From Psychrobacter cryohalolentis K5 (GTDB taxonomy: Bacteria > Pseudomonadota > Gammaproteobacteria > Pseudomonadales > Moraxellaceae), in assembly GCF_000013905.1 (NCBI RefSeq), contig NC_007969.1, forward strand, positions 1,920,001 to 1,952,000: DNA of 32,000 nt. Direction: 5' to 3'. Made by a program: the position numbers and the translations under genes. The notes under the pieces are model-generated. The model was given only the letters and a program-made list of their open reading frames with translations, ran no database searches and was not told the DNA's origin. This document shows positions 18,322-27,357 of the stretch, piece after piece. Every line of letters begins with the position of its first letter. Position 1 is the stretch's first letter.

Positions 18322-19545
18322 TTAGTTAAAGTTTTGCTTGGCTTGATAAGATAATTTTACACCAAGAGCAAAGCCATCATTATCTTCAAAGTTACTGACA
18401 ACAGTTTTACTAGGTATCTGACCTTGGGCATCACCAAACCACAGGTATTTACCACCAGCAGAAATAGCCCAGTTGTCGGTCAAATTATACTTTGCACCAA
18501 GACCAGCGCTATAGTAACCTTCAATAGGACCTAGTGACGTAACTGGATTGCCAGCACCACTGTCCCAGCCAACCGTACCGGTCACTGCTAATACTGGCGT
18601 TAGACGTTTAGCAAGACCTAATTCAACCTGCCACTGGTCTTTATCATAGCTAACCAAATCTAAACCTTCAGGAGGAATACCAGGCTGACCTGCTAATTTT
18701 TGGCTAGTCTCATTGTATAATGATGGTGTAATCGCAAAATCACTCCATGGTACCCAGCGTACTTTTGCTGTAGCTAGCATCGTAGGATTAATACCCGTTT
18801 GGAAATCAAAATTCACTGATTCAGGGGTAGTGATCTCAATATTATCGATTCTATTTGGCGAAAGACCAACTCTCTGAGCGAAAGGATAGATTTCTGCAGC
18901 CTGTGTATTATGCTCAATTTCTGAACGATACGTTAGAGCAGCTTGTAAGGCAATTTCAGGCTTACTGTAAGCGACACCAGCTAACCAGCCATAGTCCTGA
19001 TCAGCACTGATATTGGTGCTATAACCATTAGCGATACTATAAGCAGTTCCACGCAATTTCACATTGGCTTTCACACGTTGAGCTACTGGACCACCATATA
19101 CCTGGAAGTTCTTATTTTCGCCAAGTTTTGCGCCAACAATGCCAGTGATGCTTTCAGTACGAACTTCAACATTGGTACCTTCACCATTTCTAGGTGAAAG
19201 AGGATTTTGATCTACAAAGTCATTCTTACCACTATAGTCAGCTGCTGCACCAAAAGGCTCGTCATATAAAACCCCAACACTAAAAGTGTCGTTGATATCC
19301 GCTTTTACACCATAACGAAAGAAGTCGTAAGACTCAGCAATATCATCAATCTCTTTACCTGACGAATCTTTACCAGTGACATCGCCATCAATATAGGTAT
19401 AAACCGCTTCAGCATATACACCATTTTGTAAAAACGCCGTGATATCTTGACCTGAACGATCAAGACCTGCCGCGCTCGCGACACTAGCAATAGAAAGAGT
19501 AGCAATAGCTACCGTGAGGGTTTTAAGATTAAAATTTGCGCCCAT
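18322..19545 (-). CDS. Outer-membrane transport protein, OmpP1/FadL/TodX family (paralogue 2, short-loop form)
   Basis: MGANFNLKTLTVAIATLSIASVASAAGLDRSGQDITAFLQ... is collinear with paralogue 1. The same GGAGATAC(A/C)CAATG translation-initiation context is present. The ORF-track start at 19566 is an extension. Confidence 0.78.
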   Translation of the reverse strand: MGANFNLKTLTVAIATLSIASVASAAGLDRSGQDITAFLQNGVYAEAVYTYIDGDVTGKDSSGKEIDDIAESYDFFRYGVKADINDTFSVGVLYDEPFGAAADYSGKNDFVDQNPLSPRNGEGTNVEVRTESITGIVGAKLGENKNFQVYGGPVAQRVKANVKLRGTAYSIANGYSTNISADQDYGWLAGVAYSKPEIALQAALTYRSEIEHNTQAAEIYPFAQRVGLSPNRIDNIEITTPESVNFDFQTGINPTMLATAKVRWVPWSDFAITPSLYNETSQKLAGQPGIPPEGLDLVSYDKDQWQVELGLAKRLTPVLAVTGTVGWDSGAGNPVTSLGPIEGYYSAGLGAKYNLTDNWAISAGGKYLWFGDAQGQIPSKTVVSNFEDNDGFALGVKLSYQAKQNFN

Positions 19546-19765
19546 TGTGTATCTCCAAACATCCACGTTGTTTACCGCTATCCCGAACTTTGTTAGGTAG
19601 ACGGTACTTAAGGTGAAGGATACTAATGTTTTTAATACACTAAAACAACATTATTTCTTTAATATGACTGGATAGTCACTGCACAGTATATTTATTCGAA
19701 AATACACATATAAAGTCATTCAAAATAATTCAGTTTAGTCGCTGTTTATGTATGGCATATTATGG

Positions 19766-20047
19766 TTAATAATGGGGTGGTCTGTCTGCCATAACGTCAA
19801 AAGGTGCCACGCCTGCTTCTTCATCTTGGCTTTCAACTTGTTTATAAATAAATTGTAATTGTCGTTGTAGCGTTTGGATATGTTTGTCTTGACGAGTAAT
19901 GACGTCGTCAAGGCGTTCTACGGTCAGCTCAAGATGAGACATATTCATCTGCAGTTCGACTAACTGCAATTGTAAATCAGCTTGTGTGGCTAAGCTGTCG
20001 ATTTGCGGATTGGATACACTGTTATTTTTTGGATTTGCTTCATTCAT
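19766..20047 (-). CDS. slyX: SlyX-family coiled-coil protein
   Basis: Coiled-coil LQLQLVELQMNMSHLELTVERLDDVITRQDKHIQTLQRQLQFIYKQV and the C-terminal ...DRPPHY tail, comparable to E. coli SlyX (...PPPHY). Confidence 0.7.
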   Translation of the reverse strand: MNEANPKNNSVSNPQIDSLATQADLQLQLVELQMNMSHLELTVERLDDVITRQDKHIQTLQRQLQFIYKQVESQDEEAGVAPFDVMADRPPHY

Positions 20048-20063
20048 ATTTTTCTCAATACTA

Positions 20064-20108
20064 GATGCTATGGCTAACGATGGCTAACGATGGCTAACGA
20101 TGGCTAAA
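20064..20108. repeat. 10-bp tandem repeat (GATGGCTAAC), about 3 perfect units plus degenerate flanking units
   Basis: gatgcta-tggctaacga-tggctaacga-tggctaacga-tggctaaag. It lies in the slyX/uup divergent intergenic region, starting 17 nt upstream of the slyX start codon. Confidence 0.9.
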
Positions 20109-20266
20109 GCCTTGATAAGATGTTCTACATTGCTTGACAAATTAATCGTCATAAAATCGTGCTGATAAATCTATTTACGCACGCTACAGTTACGTGGCAG
20201 CATGTTATACTGCTGCAAATTTTGCAACAACCCCTACCTCACTATTATATAAGCTTAAGATACTCT

Positions 20267-22213
20267 ATGGCACTGATACATTTAAAAGATATTCACTTAG
20301 CCTTTGGCGTCGCTCCTGTCCTTGATGGTATTGACTTTGCTATCGATTCAGGCGAGCGCGTGTGCTTAATTGGTCGCAATGGCGAAGGCAAATCCACCTT
20401 ATTTAAACTGATTAATGGCACATTGTTGCCTGATAGCGGCGAAGTTATTATTAATAATAGTGTACGCGTCGCTATGCTCGAGCAGGATGTACCTGAAACC
20501 AGCGGTAGAATTTTAGATATCGTTATGGGTGGCAGCAAACGCACTGCCGAGCTGCTGATTAACTATAATGCGCAAACTGATTTGTGTGCCAATGGTGACA
20601 TGGATGCCTGCGAGCGTATGGCAGACTTGCAGCATGATATCGATGCGGTACATGGTTGGGATTTAGAGCGCGAAGCAACACGTCTTATCACGACAATGGG
20701 TCTCGATCCAGACGATGACTTATCGTCACTATCTGGTGGTCGTAAGCGCCGTGTTTTATTAGCACGCTCGTTAGTGACTAAACCTGACGTATTGCTTCTC
20801 GATGAACCGACCAACCATTTGGACGTTGATAGCATTGAGTGGCTTGAGCGCTTTTTATTAGATTGGCAAGGTCTGACATTATTGTTCGTTACCCATGATA
20901 GAGCATTCGTGAATAAATTATCGACTCGTATCATTGAGCTTGATCGCGGTCAATTGACCAGCTATGACGTCACTCAAGGTGAAGGTGGCTATGCACGCTA
21001 CCAAGAATTAAAAGAGCTACAGTTACTAGCTGAAGAGAAGAATAATGCCAACTTTGATAAAAAATTGGCACAAGAAGAAGTTTGGATTCGCCAAGGTATC
21101 AAAGCACGCCGTACCCGTAACGAAGGTCGTGTGCGTGAGCTAAAAGCGTTGCGTGAAGAGCGTAGCGACCGCCGTGAGCAAGTCGGTAATGTCAATATTA
21201 CCATGGGTCAAGGCGAGAAAAGCGGCAAGCTGGTCTGCAAGGTTAAAAACCTACATCTACAATATGATGATCATGTATTGGTCGATAACTTTAGCACTAC
21301 CATCATGCGCGGTGACAAAATCGGTATCGTCGGTCCGAATGGTGCAGGTAAAACCACGCTTATTAAAGCCCTACTCGATATGTCAGACGATGATGTGATC
21401 AAAACAGGCAGCGTTGAATTAGGTACTAACTTAAAAATTGCTTTCTTTGACCAGCTGCGTGATCAGTTAGATTTGGAAGCCAGTGTGGCGCAAAACGTCT
21501 CAGAAGGCTCTGACTTCGTCGAAGTCGGCGGTCGTAAAACGCACATTATGAGCTATCTACAAGATTTCTTATTTGCGCCAGAGCGTGCCCGTACGCCCGT
21601 CAAAGCATTATCAGGTGGTGAGCGTAACCGCGTGCTACTAGCTAAGCAATTATTAAAACCTGCAAATATCCTCGTACTCGATGAGCCAACCAACGACTTG
21701 GATATGGCGACACTTGAGCTACTAGAAGAATCCGTCGCCAGCTTTGGTGGTACGATTTTGCTCATTAGCCATGATCGCTCATTTATGGACAATGTCGTCA
21801 CTTCCACTTGGGTATTTGATACTGATGAAGATGGTAAAGGCACCGTCAGCGAGTATGTCGGCGGCTATCAAGAGTATTTGGTACAAAAAAACCGCGAAGA
21901 AGCTTCTAAAGCAGCTAAATCTTCTAGTAGTAATACTACTGCCAACAGCAAATCTGTTAATAAATCAGCGGCAGTAGCGAAACCTAATACTGCTGCTAAA
22001 AAGCTTAATTTCAATGACCAGCGTGAGCTTGATGCGTTACCAAAAGAGATCGCTGCTTTAGAAGCGGAACAAACGCAGCTAGAAGAAAAGCTAGCCGACG
22101 GTACTTGGTTTAATCAAGATTTTGATGCGGCAACAGCTGCTAGTGAGCGACTGCTTGCCATTGAAGATGAGATGATGATTAAGCTTGAACGCTGGAATAC
22201 GCTTGAGAGCTAA
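20267..22213 (+). CDS. uup: ABC-F family ATPase Uup
   Basis: Two ABC cassettes (GRNGEGKST / LSGGRKRRVLLARSL...LLLDEPTNHLD and GPNGAGKTT / LSGGERNRVLLAKQL...LVLDEPTNDLD), an inter-domain linker and a C-terminal coiled-coil. No TM domain. Starts MALIHLKDIHLAFG at ATG 20267. Confidence 0.88.
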   Translation: MALIHLKDIHLAFGVAPVLDGIDFAIDSGERVCLIGRNGEGKSTLFKLINGTLLPDSGEVIINNSVRVAMLEQDVPETSGRILDIVMGGSKRTAELLINYNAQTDLCANGDMDACERMADLQHDIDAVHGWDLEREATRLITTMGLDPDDDLSSLSGGRKRRVLLARSLVTKPDVLLLDEPTNHLDVDSIEWLERFLLDWQGLTLLFVTHDRAFVNKLSTRIIELDRGQLTSYDVTQGEGGYARYQELKELQLLAEEKNNANFDKKLAQEEVWIRQGIKARRTRNEGRVRELKALREERSDRREQVGNVNITMGQGEKSGKLVCKVKNLHLQYDDHVLVDNFSTTIMRGDKIGIVGPNGAGKTTLIKALLDMSDDDVIKTGSVELGTNLKIAFFDQLRDQLDLEASVAQNVSEGSDFVEVGGRKTHIMSYLQDFLFAPERARTPVKALSGGERNRVLLAKQLLKPANILVLDEPTNDLDMATLELLEESVASFGGTILLISHDRSFMDNVVTSTWVFDTDEDGKGTVSEYVGGYQEYLVQKNREEASKAAKSSSSNTTANSKSVNKSAAVAKPNTAAKKLNFNDQRELDALPKEIAALEAEQTQLEEKLADGTWFNQDFDAATAASERLLAIEDEMMIKLERWNTLES

Positions 22214-22233
22214 TCTAAGTCTTTGTGCATGTA

Positions 22234-22268
22234 ATTATCATCACTTTATAATATAAAGTGGTGATAAT
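22234..22268 (+). other. AT-rich 17-bp hairpin downstream of uup (possible terminator without U-tract)
   Basis: ATTATCATCACTTTATA / TATAAAGTGGTGATAAT, with one T.G position. It begins 21 nt after the uup stop. Confidence 0.4.
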
Positions 22269-22524
22269 AGCGTCACAGCGACTTACAAAGTAGTGATGTG
22301 CTGAAAGTTAGTGAACATTGTCGTAATTTCAAGTATCATTCGCTATTGCCGAATACCCTTATCATTTATAAGGTCATTATCTATAACATTTTTGTTGATA
22401 TAAAGCCGGTGTTAAACAATGATGATCAAGATGTTATGTCTTAATTGTCTTGTTTAACGTTTTAGCGTGCCCTATCGAGGTTGCTTTATTTTTAACACAA
22501 TAATTTATTTTATGACCAAAATAG

Positions 22525-22592
22525 CTTAGAATAGCAACAATTAGCAAAATTAGGCACAGCTAACGTGGCTTGATAATTGTTTCTATTCTAAG
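22525..22592. repeat. 16-bp inverted repeat (15/16) with 36-nt spacer in the petA upstream region
   Basis: CTTAGAATAGCAACAA (22525-22540) and TTGTTTCTATTCTAAG (22577-22592). Confidence 0.75.
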
Positions 22593-22644
22593 TCACAAAC
22601 CCAGTGTGGGATAATCCCATTTCATTCACCTGGAGGAAGTATTA

Positions 22645-23229
22645 ATGAGCCATGCCGAAGGCGTTAACGTACAACGCCGTAGAGTTCTGATTGCCTCGAC
22701 TGCCGTAATTGGTGCAGCTGGGGTAGCTGCTGTGGCAACACCTTTTGTCCGCTCTTGGACCCCAAGTGCTAAAGCTGAAGCTGCCGGTGCGGCAGTGACC
22801 CAAGATATTGGTTCTATCGAAGCAGGACAAATGATTGTTGTCAAATATCGTGGCAAACCCATCTTTGTGGTTAAGCGTACTGAAGAGATGCTCACCCTGC
22901 TTGAGTCAGTAAAGCCATTATTGTCTGACCCTGATTCTAGTGCCTCTTTGCAACCTGAGTACTGTAAAAATCCTGAACGCTCTATCTCGCCAGAAGTATT
23001 GGTGGTAGAAGGCGTCTGTACACATTTAGGCTGTGCACCAAACTACCGTCCTGATGTTGGCGCAGCCGATTTAGGTGGTAATGACTGGTATGGCGGGTTT
23101 TTCTGCCCATGTCATGGCTCTAAATACGATTTAGCGGGTCGCGTTTATAGTGGCGTACCTGCACCGCTTAACTTACCTATCCCAGAGTACAACATGGATG
23201 GTACCATCTTGACGATTGGGGAGGCTTAA
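22645..23229 (+). CDS. petA: Ubiquinol-cytochrome c reductase, Rieske iron-sulfur subunit
   Basis: Twin-arginine signal RRRVLIASTAVIGAAG. Rieske boxes CTHLGCAP and CPCHGSKYD. The RBS GGAGGAAG precedes the ATG. Confidence 0.95.
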   Translation: MSHAEGVNVQRRRVLIASTAVIGAAGVAAVATPFVRSWTPSAKAEAAGAAVTQDIGSIEAGQMIVVKYRGKPIFVVKRTEEMLTLLESVKPLLSDPDSSASLQPEYCKNPERSISPEVLVVEGVCTHLGCAPNYRPDVGAADLGGNDWYGGFFCPCHGSKYDLAGRVYSGVPAPLNLPIPEYNMDGTILTIGEA

Positions 23230-23230
23230 T

Positions 23231-24457
23231 ATGAGCATGGGTAAAAAGTTAATGCATTGGGTGGACGCGCGCTTTCCTGCGACTGAAACCTACGAATATC
23301 ATATGTCAAAGTACTATGCACCAAAGAACTTTAACTTTTGGTACTTCTTTGGCGTGTTATCAATGGTGGTACTGGTCAATCAGTTAGTAACTGGTATTTG
23401 GCTGACGATGATGTATAACCCAAGTGCCGAAGGGGCATTTGCGTCTGTTGAATATATCATGCGTGATGTTAAGGGTGGCTGGCTCATCCGTTATATGCAC
23501 TCGACTGGCGCATCTGCGTTCTTCGTAGTTGTTTACTTGCATATGTTCAGAGCCTTGCTATATGGTTCATACCAAAAACCGCGTGAGCTTATTTGGCTCA
23601 TCGGTATGGGTATTTACTTAGCATTGATGGCAGAAGGTTTCTTCGGTTACCTACTTCCTTGGGGCAACATGTCGTTCTGGGGTGCTCAGGTTATTCTAAA
23701 CCTACCTGCGGCTCTGCCTGTGATTGGCGATGGTCTTGCTGAGTGGGTTCGTGGTGATTATATTATTTCAGGTATCACGCTAAACCGCTTCTTTGCTCTA
23801 CACGTTGTGGCGATTCCGCTTGTACTTGTGGGCTTAGTCTTTATGCATTTAGTGGCTCTGCATCATGTGGGTTCTAATAACCCTGATGGTATTGACATTA
23901 AGAAGCTAAAAGACAAAAACGGCGTGCCATTAGATGGTATCGAATTCCATCCGTACTACACCGTACACGATATGGTGGGTATTGTTGTCTTCTTTATCTT
24001 ATTCTTTGCTGTGGTATTCTTCTTCCCAGAAGGCGGCGGCTTCTTCCTTGAGCCACCAAACTTTGAGACTGCCAACTCACTAAAAACACCAGCGCATATT
24101 GCACCGGTATGGTATTACACGCCTTTCTATGCCATCTTACGTGCCGTTCCTGATAAGCTTGGTGGTGTGATTGCGATGGGTGCTGCTATTGCCGTATTGT
24201 TCTTAATACCTTGGCTTGATAGATCGCCAGTACGCTCGATACGTTATAAAGGCATTTTATCTAAAATCGCTTTAACCGTGTTTGCTATTAGTTTCTTAGT
24301 ATTGGGTTATTTAGGTGCGACGCCTACCACTCCAACAGCAACCATAATGGCTCGTATCTTTACCATATTGTATTTCTTGTTCTTCTTATTGATGCCGTTT
24401 TACACTGCCATTGAGAAGTGTAAACAGCCACCAGAACGCGTTACCGGAGGTCACTAA
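23231..24457 (+). CDS. petB: Cytochrome b
   Basis: Shows FNFWYFFG, RYMHSTGASAFF, the haem-ligand His contexts, and PEWY-like PVWYYTPFYAILR. GGGGAGG lies upstream of ATG 23231. Confidence 0.95.
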   Translation: MSMGKKLMHWVDARFPATETYEYHMSKYYAPKNFNFWYFFGVLSMVVLVNQLVTGIWLTMMYNPSAEGAFASVEYIMRDVKGGWLIRYMHSTGASAFFVVVYLHMFRALLYGSYQKPRELIWLIGMGIYLALMAEGFFGYLLPWGNMSFWGAQVILNLPAALPVIGDGLAEWVRGDYIISGITLNRFFALHVVAIPLVLVGLVFMHLVALHHVGSNNPDGIDIKKLKDKNGVPLDGIEFHPYYTVHDMVGIVVFFILFFAVVFFFPEGGGFFLEPPNFETANSLKTPAHIAPVWYYTPFYAILRAVPDKLGGVIAMGAAIAVLFLIPWLDRSPVRSIRYKGILSKIALTVFAISFLVLGYLGATPTTPTATIMARIFTILYFLFFLLMPFYTAIEKCKQPPERVTGGH

Positions 24458-25170
24458 TGAGCACGCTAATTAAATCCCTAGCAGGTTTGGGCTTAGGCGC
24501 GGCATTAACTTTGACTGCTGGTAGCGCTCTAGCAGCAGGTAGTGGCTGCGGTACGTTTACCAATGCTGAGGGCATTGTAGAGCATTTGGCTTGTAGTACA
24601 GCGCCTATTGATTTTACCAATAAGGGCTCACTACAAAACGGTGCTAAGACGTTTATGAACTACTGTGCTGGGTGTCACTCAGCCAAGTACGTTCGTCACT
24701 CACGCATCGCTAAAGACTTAGAGATACCACCTGAGTTGGTCGAAAAGTATTTGATGGTGACGACCGATCAGATCGGTGATCATATCGATGCTGAGATTGA
24801 CCCTGAAGTACAAGCCTCATGGTTTGGCGCGGCTCCTCCAGATTTGTCACTTGAGACAAGACTGCGCGGCGATGATTGGGTTTACACTTACCTATTGTCT
24901 TTTTACGAAGATCCAAGCCGTCCTTGGGGTGCTAATAACTTAGTCCTCGCAAATGCGGCAATGCCTCACGTTTTGCATAACATGCAAGAAGAGCTGAGTC
25001 AGGAAGAGTTCGAATCTGAAGTAGGTGACTTGGTTAACTTTATGGCATGGATGGCAGAACCTGTTCGTCATGACCGTAAAGTGATTGGTTTCTTTGTGAT
25101 TTTATTCTTACTTGTGTTACTGATTCCAGTTTACTTGCTCAATAAAGAATTCTGGAAAGATATCAAATAA
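24457..25170 (+). CDS. petC: Cytochrome c1
   Basis: Signal peptide, haem-binding CAGCHS, and a C-terminal TM anchor (FFVILFLLVLLIPVYLL). The start overlaps the petB stop (TAATG). Confidence 0.9.
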   Translation: MSTLIKSLAGLGLGAALTLTAGSALAAGSGCGTFTNAEGIVEHLACSTAPIDFTNKGSLQNGAKTFMNYCAGCHSAKYVRHSRIAKDLEIPPELVEKYLMVTTDQIGDHIDAEIDPEVQASWFGAAPPDLSLETRLRGDDWVYTYLLSFYEDPSRPWGANNLVLANAAMPHVLHNMQEELSQEEFESEVGDLVNFMAWMAEPVRHDRKVIGFFVILFLLVLLIPVYLLNKEFWKDIK

Positions 25171-25207
25171 GCGATATTGATAATCGAGCAAGATATTGGT
25201 ATAAAAA

Positions 25208-25233
25208 AAGCATTACTTCGGTAGTGCTTTTTT
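25208..25233 (+). terminator. Intrinsic terminator of petABC
   Basis: Stem AAGCATTAC / GTAGTGCTT with a TTCG tetraloop, followed by a T-run. Confidence 0.85.
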
Positions 25234-25372
25234 ATGCTTTAAACATTTATAAATCAGCCGCAAAAGCAAACTAAGCGCCAAATTTTTAAGCGACAGTGTT
25301 TACGTACGCTACCTTGATAAACACAGCAACATTGTTTACGATGGCAGGCTTTACTATTAACATTAGGCTTTC

Positions 25373-25987
25373 ATGATTGATGCGAATGACATTCCAAGTA
25401 GTCAGCTAATTTTATATGCTGATGACGGCTACGACAGTCATGTGGTGCGCCTATTGCTTGAAGAAAAGAAGCTCGCTTATTATTTATCACGTTTGCATTC
25501 TGAGCGTCCTGAGGATTTAACCGAGCTAAACCCTTATCATACTTTACCTGTCCTACAGCAGCGTGAAATTGCGCTTTATGAGATTAACGTCATCTTTGAG
25601 TACCTTGAAGAGCGTTATCATGCCAATAAGCTCTTGCCTGAGACGCCACAAGAGCGGGCACAATTTCGCCAGTTAGCATGGCGTATTCAGCGCGATTGGC
25701 TCTCACTCGGTAAGCGATTGCTTATGCATCCAGACAGCTTTAATAAAGTCCAAGCGGTTATGGCTAGAAAACAGCTGAGCGATTCGCTCATCACTATATC
25801 ACCATTATTTGCGCACAAGTCTTACTTTATGGCAGATGAGTTTGGCTGGTGTGATGTGCTGCTAGCACCTTTATTATGGCGATTGGAAGAGATGGACATT
25901 GAGCTACCACGTGCTATCAGCCGCCCTCTGTTTGACTATCAAAAACGGGTTTTTGAGCGAGATAGCTTTCAAAAAAGCGTGCGTTAA
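25373..25987 (+). CDS. sspA: Stringent starvation protein A (GST-like)
   Basis: Collinear with E. coli SspA: ...SHVVRLLLEEK..., LNPYHTLPVL, YFMADEFGWCDVLLAPLLWRL, RVFERDSFQKS. Confidence 0.88.
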   Translation: MIDANDIPSSQLILYADDGYDSHVVRLLLEEKKLAYYLSRLHSERPEDLTELNPYHTLPVLQQREIALYEINVIFEYLEERYHANKLLPETPQERAQFRQLAWRIQRDWLSLGKRLLMHPDSFNKVQAVMARKQLSDSLITISPLFAHKSYFMADEFGWCDVLLAPLLWRLEEMDIELPRAISRPLFDYQKRVFERDSFQKSVR

Positions 25988-26113
25988 TTAGACAACAGTC
26001 AAATGCTGCCTTAAAATAACAAATAATGAAGCGCAAATGAATTTCTGCAAATAATCTTTTGCCGCTGATACCTTTTAACCCTTACTTAATACCGTCAATA
26101 TAGGAAGCCAAAG

Positions 26114-26557
26114 ATGAGCGAAGAAACCACATCTATTACTCCAACACGTCCTTATATGATACGTGCCTTGTATCAATGGATAGAAGACAATGAGCTTACG
26201 CCGTATCTGATGGTCGATGCAACCGCCGATAATGTTCAAATTCCAAAAGAGCATGTGCAAGATGGTCGTATCGTGCTCAATATTGCCAGCCGTGCCACCG
26301 GTAATATGAGTATGGAGAATGACTATATCCACTTTAGTGCGCGATTTGGCGGTGTATCACAAGAGATCTGGGTACCGCTCACAGCAGTGCTAGGTATTTA
26401 TGCAAAAGAGAATTCTCAAGGGATGTTTTTTGACCCCAATGAATATGACAATTATGTGCCTGAAGACGATGCCGTTGCGAGTAGCAGCTCTAAAACAAAC
26501 GTAACAGCTCCTAAGCCCAAACGTCATAATAAAGCTGGTTTAAAAGTATTAAAATAA
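26114..26557 (+). CDS. sspB: ClpXP adaptor SspB
   Basis: N-terminal RPYMIRALYQWIEDNELTPYLMVDA, followed by a disordered tail ending in the ClpX-binding-like GLKVLK. AGGAAG lies 6 nt upstream of the ATG. Confidence 0.88.
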   Translation: MSEETTSITPTRPYMIRALYQWIEDNELTPYLMVDATADNVQIPKEHVQDGRIVLNIASRATGNMSMENDYIHFSARFGGVSQEIWVPLTAVLGIYAKENSQGMFFDPNEYDNYVPEDDAVASSSSKTNVTAPKPKRHNKAGLKVLK

Positions 26558-26572
26558 CAAAATATATCGCAT

Positions 26573-26610
26573 AAAAAAGCTGAGCATATTAAATATGTTC
26601 AGCTTTTTTT
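26573..26610. terminator. Bidirectional intrinsic terminator between sspB (+) and dcd (-)
   Basis: A6 run, stem AGCTGAGCATAT / ATATGTTCAGCT (one G.T position), then T7. It lies between convergent genes. Confidence 0.85.
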
Positions 26611-26645
26611 GTTGTCAGCCCAAAAGTGATTATAACCTTAAACGA

Positions 26646-27221
26646 TTAGGTTCTTGGTAAGGTAACACCGCGCTGTCCTTGGTATTTACCACCACGATCT
26701 TTATAACTCGTCTCACAGACATCATCAGCATCACTTTGGAAAAATAGCATTTGCGCAACGCCTTCGCCAGCATAGATACGCGCAGGAAGATTGGTGGTAT
26801 TACTAAACTCTAAAGTCACATGACCTTCCCACTCAGGCTCAAGTGGTGTGACATTGACAATGATACCGCAGCGGGCATAGGTTGATTTACCAAGACAAAT
26901 AGTCAATACATCGCGTGGAATACGGAAATATTCCATCGTACGAGCCAATGCAAAAGAATTAGGCGGAATAATACACTCGTCACCGATGACATCAATAAAG
27001 CTTTTCTCGTCAAAGTTTTTAGGGTCCACAATTACTGAATGTACGTTGGTGAAAACTTTAAATTCAGGCGCGCAGCGTACATCATAACCATAGCTTGAGG
27101 TACCGTAACTGACCAAACGCTCACCGGCATCATTAAAACGTACTTGACCGGCTTCAAACGGCTCAATCATGCCATGTTCTTCGGCCATTTTACGAATCCA
27201 GCGGTCAGACTTGATAGACAT
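26646..27221 (-). CDS. dcd: dCTP deaminase
   Basis: [22 protein letters not shown]..., SSYGYDVRC, and [25 protein letters not shown]. About 190 aa. Confidence 0.92.
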   Translation of the reverse strand: MSIKSDRWIRKMAEEHGMIEPFEAGQVRFNDAGERLVSYGTSSYGYDVRCAPEFKVFTNVHSVIVDPKNFDEKSFIDVIGDECIIPPNSFALARTMEYFRIPRDVLTICLGKSTYARCGIIVNVTPLEPEWEGHVTLEFSNTTNLPARIYAGEGVAQMLFFQSDADDVCETSYKDRGGKYQGQRGVTLPRT

Positions 27222-27291
27222 TGTTATTCCTTAGCAGATATAAAATAAAACTTATAATATGAATGGTATTTTGATAGCGACGATTATACGG

Positions 27292-27307
27292 AATTGAGCG
27301 CTCAATT
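27292..27307. promoter_or_regulatory. Perfect 16-bp palindrome upstream of dcd (candidate operator)
   Basis: AATTGAGCGCTCAATT is its own reverse complement. It sits 3 nt upstream (minus-strand sense) of a TATAAT hexamer at 27283-27288. Confidence 0.35.
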
Positions 27308-27357
27308 TATAGGCTTGGCTACGTTTAAAATAAATCTCTAGTCAAAATGATAATCGC

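Noticed and set aside
16451-20108. 10-bp tandem repeats at 16451-16480 and 20064-20108 considered as CRISPR arrays or replication iterons
   Set aside because: The units are contiguous with no spacers and are far too short for CRISPR repeats. There are no cas, rep or par genes nearby, so they are reported only as simple tandem repeats.
20293-21977. Multiple 68-123 aa ORFs inside uup on both strands
   Set aside because: They are nested in a gene with two canonical ABC cassettes. Arg/Ser-rich antisense composition is typical of shadow ORFs.
22626-22895. Minus-strand ORFs overlapping the petA start
   Set aside because: They are antisense to the Rieske gene N-terminus. The Ala-rich shadow comes from the Tat-signal/TM region.
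26075-26332. Minus-strand ORF overlapping the sspB start
   Set aside because: It is antisense to a well-supported sspB with a strong RBS. No signals of its own.
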